This document shows, one piece after another, positions 18,515 through 27,692 of a stretch of DNA of 64,000 bases. The DNA lies in contig CALGNK010000010.1 of assembly GCA_937958695.1 (NCBI GenBank), forward strand, positions 1,264-65,263, given 5' to 3'. Below the pieces are notes generated by a model, which saw only the letters and a list, made by a program, of their open reading frames with translations, did not search any database and was not told where the DNA came from. Origin of the DNA: an uncultured bacterium. GTDB taxonomy: Bacteria > DUMJ01. Position numbers and translations under genes: made by a program. Within the stretch, counting starts at the first letter, position 1. Each line of letters opens with the position of its first letter.

Positions 18515-20467
18515 ATGAAAATTTTTAGAAGTTTTATAGTAACTATCTTATGCCTAGGTCTACTAACTAGTCTATTCTCAATGAGTCTAGCTGCAGAAAG
18601 GGTTGTAAAGGGAGAACAGTATAATTTATCAGATTATGAGAAACTTACTGGCAAGAAGATTACCAAGTTTAGTGAAGCTCCAATGCTAGTTGATTTAGTA
18701 AAACAGGGTAAGCTTCCTCCTATAGAAAAGAGACTTCCTGAAGAACCAGTAGTGATAGAGCCATGGGAAGAGATTGGTCAATATGGAGGAACTTGGAGAA
18801 GAGCATGGCTAGGTCTTGCAGATGGTGCAGGTCCATTTAAGATTGCTTATGAACATCTTGTTCGTTGGAATGCAGATGGATCAGATGTGGTACCCAATAT
18901 AGTAAAGAAATTTGAGGTCTCGAAAGATGGAAGAACATTTACGTTCTATCTAAGAGAAGGCTTAAAGTGGTCTGATGGAACACCGTTTACAACAGAAGAT
19001 ATAAGATTCTGGTTTGAAGATATTATACTTAATAAGGATCTTACACCTACATTCCCTAGTTGGTTGACTATTGAGGGTAAACCTTGCTCATTTAGAGTAA
19101 GGGATAAGTATACCTTTACTGTTAGCTTTAGTAAGCCCAATGCTGTGTTCCCAATGCAATTGGCATACTTTGGTGGTTTTGTTGCACCATCTCACTATCT
19201 AAAGCAATTCCATCCTAAATATACTGATCCAAAGAAGTTAGAAGAGATGGCAAAAGAGGCTAAATTCCAATTCTGGTATCAACTATTTGGCTTCAAGAAT
19301 CATTGGCTCCAGAACCCAGAATTACCATCTCTTTGGGCTTGGAAATTGGCAAGTTCTCCTACTGCTACCTTAATGGTCCTTGAGAGGAATCCTTACTATT
19401 GGAAGATAGATCCCGCTGGTAATCAGTTACCTTATATAGATAGGATTACCCATGAGCTTGTTCAGGATGCAGAGATTATTAATATGAAAGCTGTAGCTGG
19501 CGAAATAGATATGCAGATGAGGCATATAAGACTTCAAAACTATACATTACTTATGGAGAATAGAGAGAAAGGTAATTATAGGGTTATAAGATGGACAACT
19601 GCGAGTGGGGCAGACTTTATGCTTATGCCAAATCAAAATGTAAAGGATCCTGTATTGAAGAAACTATTCCAAGATAGAAGATTTAGATTTGCCCTTTCTC
19701 TTGCTATCAATCGTCAAGAAATTAATCAGCTAGTATTTATGGGCTTGGGTAAACCTCGTCAGGCATCTCTTATAAGCGCTTCTCCTTATTATGACCCGCT
19801 TTGGGAGAAGGCTTATGCTGAATATAATCCGAAGAGATCTAATCAATTATTAGATGAAATAGGCCTTACTAAGAGAGATAAGGATGGTTATAGACTTAGA
19901 CCTGATGGTAAAACACTCGCTTTAACTATCGAGTTTGCTATCAGTCCAGTAGCGTCAGATGCCTCTGAGTTAGTAAAGAAATACTGGGAGGCTATAGGTA
20001 TAAAGGTAGATATAAAACAGCATGAAAGAGCTTTAATGTATACAAAGACACTCGCTGGAGAATTTGAGGTTACTACTTGGGGAATGGATAGGGCTTTCCA
20101 ACCTTTAGCTGACCCTCTATATCTAGTACCCTACAGGCAAGAGATTGGAACATGGCATCCACTATATGCGCTCTGGTATATGACTGGTGGAAAATCTGGT
20201 GAAGAGCCTCCAGGTATTATAAGACAGTTACAGAAGGTATGGGATGTAATTAAGGTAACTCCAAGTGCTGAGGAAAGAAAGAGATTAGTATCTCAGATAA
20301 CGAAGATTCATAGAGAGAATATCTGGATGATAGGTACTGTAGGTGAAAGTCCTGCCTTAGTTGTTGTAAAGAATAACTTTAGAAATGTTCCAGAGAAACT
20401 TGTAAGTGATGATATTCTAAGAAGTCCGGGTAATGCTTACCCACAGGTATTCTTCTTTAAGAAGTAG
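18515..20467 (+). CDS. ABC transporter substrate-binding protein, family 5, paralogue B (orphan)
   Basis: Signal peptide ...SMSLA/AE. It shares long near-identical blocks with the SBP at 6752-8731 (LPEEP.V.EP.EEIGQYGGTWRRA; FHPKYTDPKKLEEM.KEAKFQFWYQLF). Confidence 0.85.
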   Translation: MKIFRSFIVTILCLGLLTSLFSMSLAAERVVKGEQYNLSDYEKLTGKKITKFSEAPMLVDLVKQGKLPPIEKRLPEEPVVIEPWEEIGQYGGTWRRAWLGLADGAGPFKIAYEHLVRWNADGSDVVPNIVKKFEVSKDGRTFTFYLREGLKWSDGTPFTTEDIRFWFEDIILNKDLTPTFPSWLTIEGKPCSFRVRDKYTFTVSFSKPNAVFPMQLAYFGGFVAPSHYLKQFHPKYTDPKKLEEMAKEAKFQFWYQLFGFKNHWLQNPELPSLWAWKLASSPTATLMVLERNPYYWKIDPAGNQLPYIDRITHELVQDAEIINMKAVAGEIDMQMRHIRLQNYTLLMENREKGNYRVIRWTTASGADFMLMPNQNVKDPVLKKLFQDRRFRFALSLAINRQEINQLVFMGLGKPRQASLISASPYYDPLWEKAYAEYNPKRSNQLLDEIGLTKRDKDGYRLRPDGKTLALTIEFAISPVASDASELVKKYWEAIGIKVDIKQHERALMYTKTLAGEFEVTTWGMDRAFQPLADPLYLVPYRQEIGTWHPLYALWYMTGGKSGEEPPGIIRQLQKVWDVIKVTPSAEERKRLVSQITKIHRENIWMIGTVGESPALVVVKNNFRNVPEKLVSDDILRSPGNAYPQVFFFKK

Positions 20468-20484
20468 AAAAGTATATTAAATAC

Positions 20485-20516
20485 AGGGGAGGCGTTATAA
20501 TCTCCCCTATTTTTTA
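20485..20516 (+). terminator. rho-independent terminator/attenuator (GGGGAG-loop-CTCCCC + TATTTTTT)
   Basis: A 6-7 bp GC stem at 20485-20508 followed by a T-run, 15 nt before the next start codon. Confidence 0.6.
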
Positions 20517-20530
20517 GAAGGAGGAAATTT

Positions 20531-22342
20531 ATGTTACAGATGACTGATAAGGAATACTCAAGGTTTATGAAGGCTCTTGATAGGTGGAATGAGAGGTATG
20601 ATCCTGAGGTTTGTATGATCAAAGAACCATTTCATTCTCCTGGATATCATACTACTCTTAAGGGTGGTTGGGTACATCCGACAAGGAGCTCTTTGACTTA
20701 TGCGGTAGCACTTTTAGATAGCGGTATAGAGGAGTATAGACTGAGGGCTATGGATATCCTTAGAAAAGTAATTTCTTTACAGGACCAAAATCCTGACAGC
20801 CCAACTTATGGTATATGGTCTTGGTTTTATGAGGAGCCTTTAGAGAAGATGTCTCCTCCTGATTGGAATTGGGCAAATTTTTGCGGAAAGGAGCTCCTAC
20901 AGGTAGCTCTAGATCATTTTGATAGAATCCCTGAAGAGCTAAGAGAAAAAGTTAAAGAGGCTATTTATCATGCATGTAGGTCTATCATAAGACGTAATGT
21001 AGGTCCATCTTATACTAACATTGCAATTATGGGAGCCTATGTAACTCTTCTTGCGGGAGAGTTATTTGAATGGAAGGATGTCTTTAGCTATGGGAAAGAC
21101 CTTCTTGAAAGAATCCATAAATATACAAGATATCATGGTGCTTTTACTGAGTATAATAGTCCAACATATACTATGGTTGCTATAGAGGATATTTCAAGGA
21201 TACTTTCTCATATAAAGGACAGGGAATGTTTAGAGATTGCGGAATATCTAAATGACGTTGCCTGGAAGTGTGTAGCCTTACATTTCCATCCTCCTACTGG
21301 TCAATGGGCTGGACCGCATAGTAGGTGTTATAACAATATCCAAGGGATTAACCTTTGGTCTAGGATACAATTAGCAACTAGCGGAAAGGTAAAATTCCTA
21401 GAGGAGGATGAATTGTATACTGATATAAATTGGCATAGGATAAAGATAGGATGTCCTGATAATTATATAGATTACTTTATTACCTTAGATAAACCAAGAG
21501 GGATTAGAGAGGTCTTTTATAAAGGAGAGGAATCATTAAGTCCAGAGCTTAGGTCAATAGTAGGTGTTCCGTTTTATCCTGCACTTACAGCAACAACATA
21601 TCTTACCCATTTTTACTGTTTAGGGACATTTTCTAAATCGGACTTTTGGAACCAGAGGAGAGGTTTTATAGGATACCTGGGAGATAAGAATAATCCTATC
21701 TATTTCCAACTAAGATTTTTACATGATGGCTATGATTATTCTTCTGCTCTATTACATACTGTGCAATTAGAAAATAGAGTCTTGGGTGCAATAAATTTTG
21801 CCACAGACTATGGTGATGCACATATAAGTCTTGATAGAGTAAAGGATGCTACTATAGTTGCAAAGGATTTAAGACTTAGACTAGAGTTTGGGGGATATAT
21901 AGCTACTATTAGATTGCCAAACTCATCTAAGCTGGATAATATCCTAATTACCAATATTGATAGTGTGAATCTTGGAATAATGTTTCCAAAAATCTCTTTT
22001 GGAGATTATAAGATAAGTTTAGAAGTTGGTGAGAATGATAAAAATAAGTGGATAGACATTATTTTTTATAGCGGAAAAGAGAAGGCTATATGCTTTAAAG
22101 ACCTAGAGAAGGCTTTTACTGTTTTTGCTTTTTATATTACTGAAGATAATACCGATCTATTAGATAAATTTTCAAATATAAGGATTGATGAACAAGAGGA
22201 AAAGATTTTTTCAAAATGGACTGTAGATGGTAATATTCTAGAGTTGGAGGCTGATCTAAAACCTGGTTCTATAGCGGAGCTTCTTAAGGGTAGTAAGGGT
22301 TTCATAAATGGAATACCCATAGAGAAGGAGGGATTACTTTGA
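20531..22342 (+). CDS. hypothetical cytoplasmic protein, 603 aa (helical N-half, beta-rich C-half); possible novel glycan-active enzyme
   Basis: Strong SD (AGAAGGAGGAAATTTATG) and no signal peptide. Its stop overlaps the start of the next gene (TTGA at 22339-22342). I recognise no family motifs. Confidence 0.6.
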   Translation: MLQMTDKEYSRFMKALDRWNERYDPEVCMIKEPFHSPGYHTTLKGGWVHPTRSSLTYAVALLDSGIEEYRLRAMDILRKVISLQDQNPDSPTYGIWSWFYEEPLEKMSPPDWNWANFCGKELLQVALDHFDRIPEELREKVKEAIYHACRSIIRRNVGPSYTNIAIMGAYVTLLAGELFEWKDVFSYGKDLLERIHKYTRYHGAFTEYNSPTYTMVAIEDISRILSHIKDRECLEIAEYLNDVAWKCVALHFHPPTGQWAGPHSRCYNNIQGINLWSRIQLATSGKVKFLEEDELYTDINWHRIKIGCPDNYIDYFITLDKPRGIREVFYKGEESLSPELRSIVGVPFYPALTATTYLTHFYCLGTFSKSDFWNQRRGFIGYLGDKNNPIYFQLRFLHDGYDYSSALLHTVQLENRVLGAINFATDYGDAHISLDRVKDATIVAKDLRLRLEFGGYIATIRLPNSSKLDNILITNIDSVNLGIMFPKISFGDYKISLEVGENDKNKWIDIIFYSGKEKAICFKDLEKAFTVFAFYITEDNTDLLDKFSNIRIDEQEEKIFSKWTVDGNILELEADLKPGSIAELLKGSKGFINGIPIEKEGLL

Positions 22343-23112
22343 AGGCTGGATTCTGCACGAATGTATTTAAATTTGATGAAATGGAATATGCTATAAAGAG
22401 ATTAGCTGAACTTGAATACGATGGCTTAGAGTTCTGGCAGCAGTACTTGGATAATATTGATATAAAATGGTTAAAGAATTTTATGGATGAGCTAGGACTT
22501 GAGACTGCTCAGGTTTGTCCTTACTTTAACTTTACAGGGACAGAAGAAGAATGGAAAGAAAGTGTTGATCTTGCTAAGAGATACATAGATATAGCTCTTT
22601 CCTTAAACTGTAAAAGGATTAGGATATTTACCGGGTATATATCTGGTAGTTCTGCTACAGATATTCAGTGGGATATGGGGATAAAAGGGGTTAGAGAGAT
22701 ATGTGATCTTGGATTTGAATATAATCTAGATTTTATACTGGAGATGCACTATGATTCTCTTATGGATACATCAGATAATGCCTTAAGGCTTATTGAAGGG
22801 GTAAATAGACCAAATCTAAAGGTAAACTTACAGGTTCCTATAGATAACGAGGACGTTTTCTACAGTGCCAGAAAGCTTGGAAGATATACTGCACATCTAC
22901 ATGCCCACAACTGGGTTACTAGAGATGGAAGGATAAATTATACATTCTTGGATTCTGGAGAGATAGATTTTGAAGAATTCATAAAAATACTTCAAAAAGA
23001 AGGCTTTGATGGATATATATCTATAGAACACGCCTTACACCATCCTGTCTGGGAAACAGCAGAACATGAGATAAAATACCTGAAGGATCTTATAAGTAGA
23101 TTGAGTAAATAG
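22339..23112 (+). CDS. xylose isomerase-like TIM-barrel protein (sugar phosphate isomerase/epimerase family)
   Basis: AP_endonuc_2-type pattern: YDGLEFW, RIRIFTG, ILEMH, HLHAHN, ISIEH metal-ligand contexts. Confidence 0.8.
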   Translation: MKAGFCTNVFKFDEMEYAIKRLAELEYDGLEFWQQYLDNIDIKWLKNFMDELGLETAQVCPYFNFTGTEEEWKESVDLAKRYIDIALSLNCKRIRIFTGYISGSSATDIQWDMGIKGVREICDLGFEYNLDFILEMHYDSLMDTSDNALRLIEGVNRPNLKVNLQVPIDNEDVFYSARKLGRYTAHLHAHNWVTRDGRINYTFLDSGEIDFEEFIKILQKEGFDGYISIEHALHHPVWETAEHEIKYLKDLISRLSK

Positions 23113-23133
23113 TTCCGTACAGAATCTTTCCTA

Positions 23134-23162
23134 TTGTCTATATACTTATTCTGGGCTATACT
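23134..23162 (+). promoter_or_regulatory. candidate sigma70 promoter TTGTCT-17 nt-TATACT for the nine-gene operon
   Basis: Hexamers at 23134-23139 and 23157-23162 with a 17-nt spacer, about 28 nt upstream of the first ORF. Confidence 0.4.
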
Positions 23163-23189
23163 TATTTTAAGAAATAATATTGAAAGGGG

Positions 23190-23885
23190 TTGGAGAGATT
23201 GAACGATAAGAAATTCTATAGGGTTATATCTAGGATGGATGGTTTCCCATATGGGGGAAGATATTTTGATGATATAGAGATAGTATGGTTTTATTCTGAG
23301 AGAAGAGAGTTTCCTCTAGTGAAATATGAAGAGGTGATACAAGACTACAACGAGAAGAAAAAGAGAAATTCTACTGAGAAATTGGAGAGTTATATAGACG
23401 AGTTCTTTGCCCTTCATGAGGCAACAAGATTAAAGAAATTTTTAGATCAGCACTTTAAGGATATCTTTACAGAGATTAGAGAAGTCGATTCTATCCCTAC
23501 CGATCCTGATATTACACCATTAAAGGAGATTCCAGTTGGAGGAGGGGTTGATTTTTATCTTTTATGGAAGGAGGACAAATACCCCCTCTCTTTCAGGGTA
23601 GAGGGAATATTTGATATAAGGCCAGTATGGAGAAGAACCACTCAAAAAAGATGGAAGATAGAGCTTGCTCTTAATGAATTAGACCTATACGAGATTCCTT
23701 CTCTTACCGTAGCAGACAGGGGTATATGTATTATTGATGCTGGAAAGCTTGGTGGGGATTTTTTGGTGGTTTCTCGTGATGAGGAGTTTGAGAGAGTCTT
23801 AAGGGAGAAAGGGTTTGAGCTAGAAGAGATTCCTGGGAAGCTCTACAAGCTTTCCTTTAGGGGTAATGATAAGAAAGAAGCTTAA
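23190..23885 (+). CDS. hypothetical cytoplasmic protein, 231 aa (first gene of envelope operon)
   Basis: ORF (TTG start as given; the start is uncertain). No TM segment or signal peptide. The 3' end overlaps the next gene by 20 nt. Confidence 0.5.
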   Translation: MERLNDKKFYRVISRMDGFPYGGRYFDDIEIVWFYSERREFPLVKYEEVIQDYNEKKKRNSTEKLESYIDEFFALHEATRLKKFLDQHFKDIFTEIREVDSIPTDPDITPLKEIPVGGGVDFYLLWKEDKYPLSFRVEGIFDIRPVWRRTTQKRWKIELALNELDLYEIPSLTVADRGICIIDAGKLGGDFLVVSRDEEFERVLREKGFELEEIPGKLYKLSFRGNDKKEA

Positions 23886-25692
23886 TATACTTCTACTTAC
23901 ACTGTTATTAATCCTACTACCTGAGTTTGCTAAGGCGGATTATTTTCTTACTGGAAATTTTTTCTCTTCCGAGACTGATATAAAGAAACTTCCTCTAGAG
24001 GTATCCTCTATAGTCTTTGGGATTAATGATAGGCTATATCTTTTAGATAGGAGGGAGGGGAAGATACAGATATATTCGCCAGAAGGAGTTCTTGAAAGAG
24101 AAATTTACTCTAAAGCTGAGGTTATCACTTTAGACCCATGGGGCTATATCTATGCGATCTCTAAGGGAAGATTTGTAGACATACTTGATCCTTTAGGAAA
24201 TCTAGTCAAGAGTATTACTCTTGAATCTCGAGATCCTATTTATGATTTTATCTCTTATTTTGGGTTTGTCTCTGTAGATGAGAGGGGTTACATATATATT
24301 GTTAATACTAGTTCTGGTAAAGTTTCTATATACTCTCCTTCTGGAGTTTATGTTGGAGACCTTATAAAGAGTGGATATGGATCTTCAGACCTTACTATGG
24401 TGAATGCAGTAGCTATAGACTCTAGAGGGAACATCTATGTAGCTGGAAGCCTGCCTAGATCAGCTGCTAGTAGGTTTGAGCCAAACTATATTGTAGCAAA
24501 GAGAATGAACTACCAGGGGTATACAAATATGACCTTTGGACCAATTATAAATGCATTTATAGGTGGAATAGTTGTGGACCAACTTGGCAATCTATATATT
24601 TTGGATACGTCTTCTTCTTATATCTATAAGTTCGATAAGAGAGGAGCTCTTGTTACTAGATTTTTTGTCGGTAGAGGCGCTACTTGTATTGCTATACGTA
24701 GCGATGGCTATATAGCCATAGGATACGGTGGAGAAGTAAAACTTTTTCATCCTTCTAGGTTGATGAAGATTATAGATAAGGCTAATGAAGCATTGCTAGA
24801 TGGTAATTATGACCTTTCTGTAAAGTATTGGAACGAGGCATTAAGATTGAATAATTATATGAAATTTATCCATTCAGGTCTTGGAGAGACCTATTTATAT
24901 ATGAAAGATTATAGAAATGCTCTTAGGGAGTTTAAATTGGCAGAGGATAAGTTTAGATATTCTGGAACTGTTATCCTTTATAGGAGAGAACTCTTCTATA
25001 GATATATAATCCTTTGGGGAATATTATTTCTAGTCATAGCAAATATCGTTATTCTTTGGGGTAAAAGGTTCTCATTTATATTTAATAATATAATAGGTCG
25101 TATGATTTATGCCCCTGTAAAGACCCTAGTAGAGGTTAGAGAGAAGCCTATATACTGGGGCTTTATCCTACTAATTGCTCTTGCCCTTATAGATGCACTG
25201 AACAGAAGATATACCAATTATATCTTTCAGCCTAATTTAGAGGCTATAGATTATCTGTTCTTTCGTAGATTACTTATGTTTTCAGGTCTGTGGTTTGTAA
25301 GTGGGACTGTTTTTTATAGCGTTGGGGAGATATTTGATGGAATGGGAACTTGGAAGCAGTGTATGCTTACTGCGATCTTCTGTATAGTGCCGTATATACT
25401 ATTCTCATTTCCACTTTCTCTTATTAGTAACCTTCTTACATTTCAAGAGAAGATTTACTACGACTATGCTAGACAGGGTTTAATACTTTGGTGCGGAATC
25501 CTCTTTTTCGTAAATGTCTATACCACACAACAGTTATCTTCGACTAAGAATCTTTTAATATTTTTATTAACTGGGGTGGGATTGGCTTTTGCTATTTCTA
25601 TAATTTTATTCCTACAAGGTGTTAATAGAGAATTATGGTCCTTTATAAAAGATATCTATCTTGAGGCATGGTATAGGTTGGTAGGATACTGA
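23866..25692 (+). CDS. exported NHL-like beta-propeller + TPR + C-terminal Yip1-like 5-TM domain fusion protein
   Basis: Signal peptide MIRKKLNILLLTLLLILLPEFAKA. About six repeats of the type D..G.IY(V/I).D....I.I(Y/F)(S/D)P.G (e.g. VDERGYIYIVNTSSGKVSIYSPSGV, VDQLGNLYILDTSSSYIYKFDKRG). TPR-like helices (YWNEALRLNNYM..GETYLYMKDYRNALREFKLAE). A C-terminal polytopic region has the Yip1-type entry motif (APVKTLVEVREKPIYWGFILLIAL). Confidence 0.65.
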   Translation: MIRKKLNILLLTLLLILLPEFAKADYFLTGNFFSSETDIKKLPLEVSSIVFGINDRLYLLDRREGKIQIYSPEGVLEREIYSKAEVITLDPWGYIYAISKGRFVDILDPLGNLVKSITLESRDPIYDFISYFGFVSVDERGYIYIVNTSSGKVSIYSPSGVYVGDLIKSGYGSSDLTMVNAVAIDSRGNIYVAGSLPRSAASRFEPNYIVAKRMNYQGYTNMTFGPIINAFIGGIVVDQLGNLYILDTSSSYIYKFDKRGALVTRFFVGRGATCIAIRSDGYIAIGYGGEVKLFHPSRLMKIIDKANEALLDGNYDLSVKYWNEALRLNNYMKFIHSGLGETYLYMKDYRNALREFKLAEDKFRYSGTVILYRRELFYRYIILWGILFLVIANIVILWGKRFSFIFNNIIGRMIYAPVKTLVEVREKPIYWGFILLIALALIDALNRRYTNYIFQPNLEAIDYLFFRRLLMFSGLWFVSGTVFYSVGEIFDGMGTWKQCMLTAIFCIVPYILFSFPLSLISNLLTFQEKIYYDYARQGLILWCGILFFVNVYTTQQLSSTKNLLIFLLTGVGLAFAISIILFLQGVNRELWSFIKDIYLEAWYRLVGY

Positions 25693-27692
25693 TGCGAAAG
25701 AGTATCTTATTTGTGTTTATTCTTCTATTAATAGCCTCTAAAGTTTATGCCAAGCTAGATATTACCTATGAAGTGAGTAAAGACCTTCTTATTGTTAGGA
25801 ATGATAGTTATACTATGACCAGTTCTCCTCTAGACTGGAGGTCTGTAAATGATTATTGGGATTCTAAGATAAGGTCAATGTTTATTGTTGAATATTGGGA
25901 TAAGGAATTGGGTAATTCTAGACTTTTATTCTCTTACGATGCAAAAAGGACTTCTGTTTCTAATAAAGAATCAATAGATATAAATTACAAGTTTTCATCT
26001 ATAAACCTTAGTTTTACCGCTAAGTTATATAACAAAGGAGAATATATTGAGGTTACGATACCTTATAAGACTTTTAAGGAGGACCTTTCTTTTCCAGTAA
26101 TTAGTGTTACCTTTTTACCATACCTAAACTCTGGTAGGGTTGGAGAAAGTGGATACCTAGTTATACCTGATGGTTGTGGGACTATCGTCAAATTTACAAA
26201 ATTCTTTGGGGTAACCACACTTGAAAAACAGGTCTACGGTGATTTAACCCCATCTAGTTATGATATAAACCAGATACCTATCACTCTACCTGTATTTGGT
26301 TGTATAAAGGGTAATTTAGGTTTTGCTGGTATAATAACAGAAGGGGATGCCTTTAGCAGTTTAGTAATGGATATGGCACCTGGTAATGGATATTATTCTA
26401 TAGGAGCTAAGTTTTATTTTAGAAGAATATTTGAAGATATATACCGTAAGAAGAGGATAACTCCTAGAAGAGATAATAGGGATAGGACTATTCGCTTCTA
26501 TGTACTCAAAGATGAATCTGCCAACTATGTTGGAGTTGGTAAGAGCTACAGGGAATTCCTCTTAAAAGAAAGAGGTGCCAAGACTCTAAAAGAAAAAATA
26601 CCTACCTATAGTTATCTAGATCCAAATATTATCGATATAGGGATATTTATGGGTGTTAAGAAAGGCTTTCAACTTTTTGATCCGGTGATTAGTTTAACAT
26701 CCTTTAGAGAGATAAGTTTGATACTTGATAGATTAAGGGACCTTGGTATAAGGGCAAACATCATACTCGCTGGTTGGGAGAAATCTGGATTTGAGGGTGA
26801 GAATCCTACCACCTTTCCTCCGTTTGATGGTTCTAGAGGCCTTAAGTTGATATTAGAAAGGGCCAAGAATTTGGGACACTTTATAAGTCTTTCGGTTAAT
26901 TTTTTTGATATCTATCAGAATTCTAGAGATTTTTATAGAAGGTTAACATTGAAGAGTCCTGTAAAATTACCATTAGAGCAGAATACGTATAGGAGAGGAT
27001 ATATTATATGTCCACAAGTAGCATTGACTAAATTTCAGAGGTTCTACAGTGAGGCAAAAAAGATCGGAGTAGCTGGGATTGAACTTAGACGTTTAGGTAG
27101 AGGTCTTATAGAATGTTTTGATGATGACCATCCCGTAGATAGATTTGATTGTGCAGGAATCTATACAAAAATGATAAGTTCAGCTGGTATAGTTGAGGGA
27201 GGCTGTGGTTATGGTGTATATTCGGTAAATAATTTTGTCTCTGTACCATCTAAGAGCTCAGGTTTTTTTGGTGGAGATTCTGTCCCTTTGTGGCAGATAG
27301 TGTTACATGGTATAGTAAGATACTCCTTTGAACCAATAAATCTTAGGAGGGACTTTGATTACGAATTCCTCAAGACTCTAGAGTACGGGGCATTACCAAC
27401 CGCTATACTGACTTATAGATCTCCGATATTGATAAGGGATACCTTTTACAAAGACCTCTTTAGCTCTAGATTCTTGGATTGGCAGAACGATCTAAAGCGT
27501 GAGTATGAACTTCTTAATAGAATACTTGGATATCTCCAGTATCATTTTATTACCGACCACAGAGAATTATCTAGGTATGTATATCAAACGACTTATAGTG
27601 ATGGCACTAGGGTTATAGTGAATTATTCAAACAAAGAATTTAATGGTATAAAGCCGCTTGGGTATAGAATAATTAAAGGAGATAATCAATAG
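25692..27692 (+). CDS. secreted 666-aa protein, DUF5696-like (putative glycan-processing TIM-barrel; unverified)
   Basis: Signal peptide MRKSILFVFILLLIASKVYA. Start ATG overlaps the previous stop (TGATG). The DUF5696 assignment comes from my recollection of size, architecture and genomic company (Yip1 + CUT1 permeases), not from a search. Confidence 0.4.
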   Translation: MRKSILFVFILLLIASKVYAKLDITYEVSKDLLIVRNDSYTMTSSPLDWRSVNDYWDSKIRSMFIVEYWDKELGNSRLLFSYDAKRTSVSNKESIDINYKFSSINLSFTAKLYNKGEYIEVTIPYKTFKEDLSFPVISVTFLPYLNSGRVGESGYLVIPDGCGTIVKFTKFFGVTTLEKQVYGDLTPSSYDINQIPITLPVFGCIKGNLGFAGIITEGDAFSSLVMDMAPGNGYYSIGAKFYFRRIFEDIYRKKRITPRRDNRDRTIRFYVLKDESANYVGVGKSYREFLLKERGAKTLKEKIPTYSYLDPNIIDIGIFMGVKKGFQLFDPVISLTSFREISLILDRLRDLGIRANIILAGWEKSGFEGENPTTFPPFDGSRGLKLILERAKNLGHFISLSVNFFDIYQNSRDFYRRLTLKSPVKLPLEQNTYRRGYIICPQVALTKFQRFYSEAKKIGVAGIELRRLGRGLIECFDDDHPVDRFDCAGIYTKMISSAGIVEGGCGYGVYSVNNFVSVPSKSSGFFGGDSVPLWQIVLHGIVRYSFEPINLRRDFDYEFLKTLEYGALPTAILTYRSPILIRDTFYKDLFSSRFLDWQNDLKREYELLNRILGYLQYHFITDHRELSRYVYQTTYSDGTRVIVNYSNKEFNGIKPLGYRIIKGDNQ

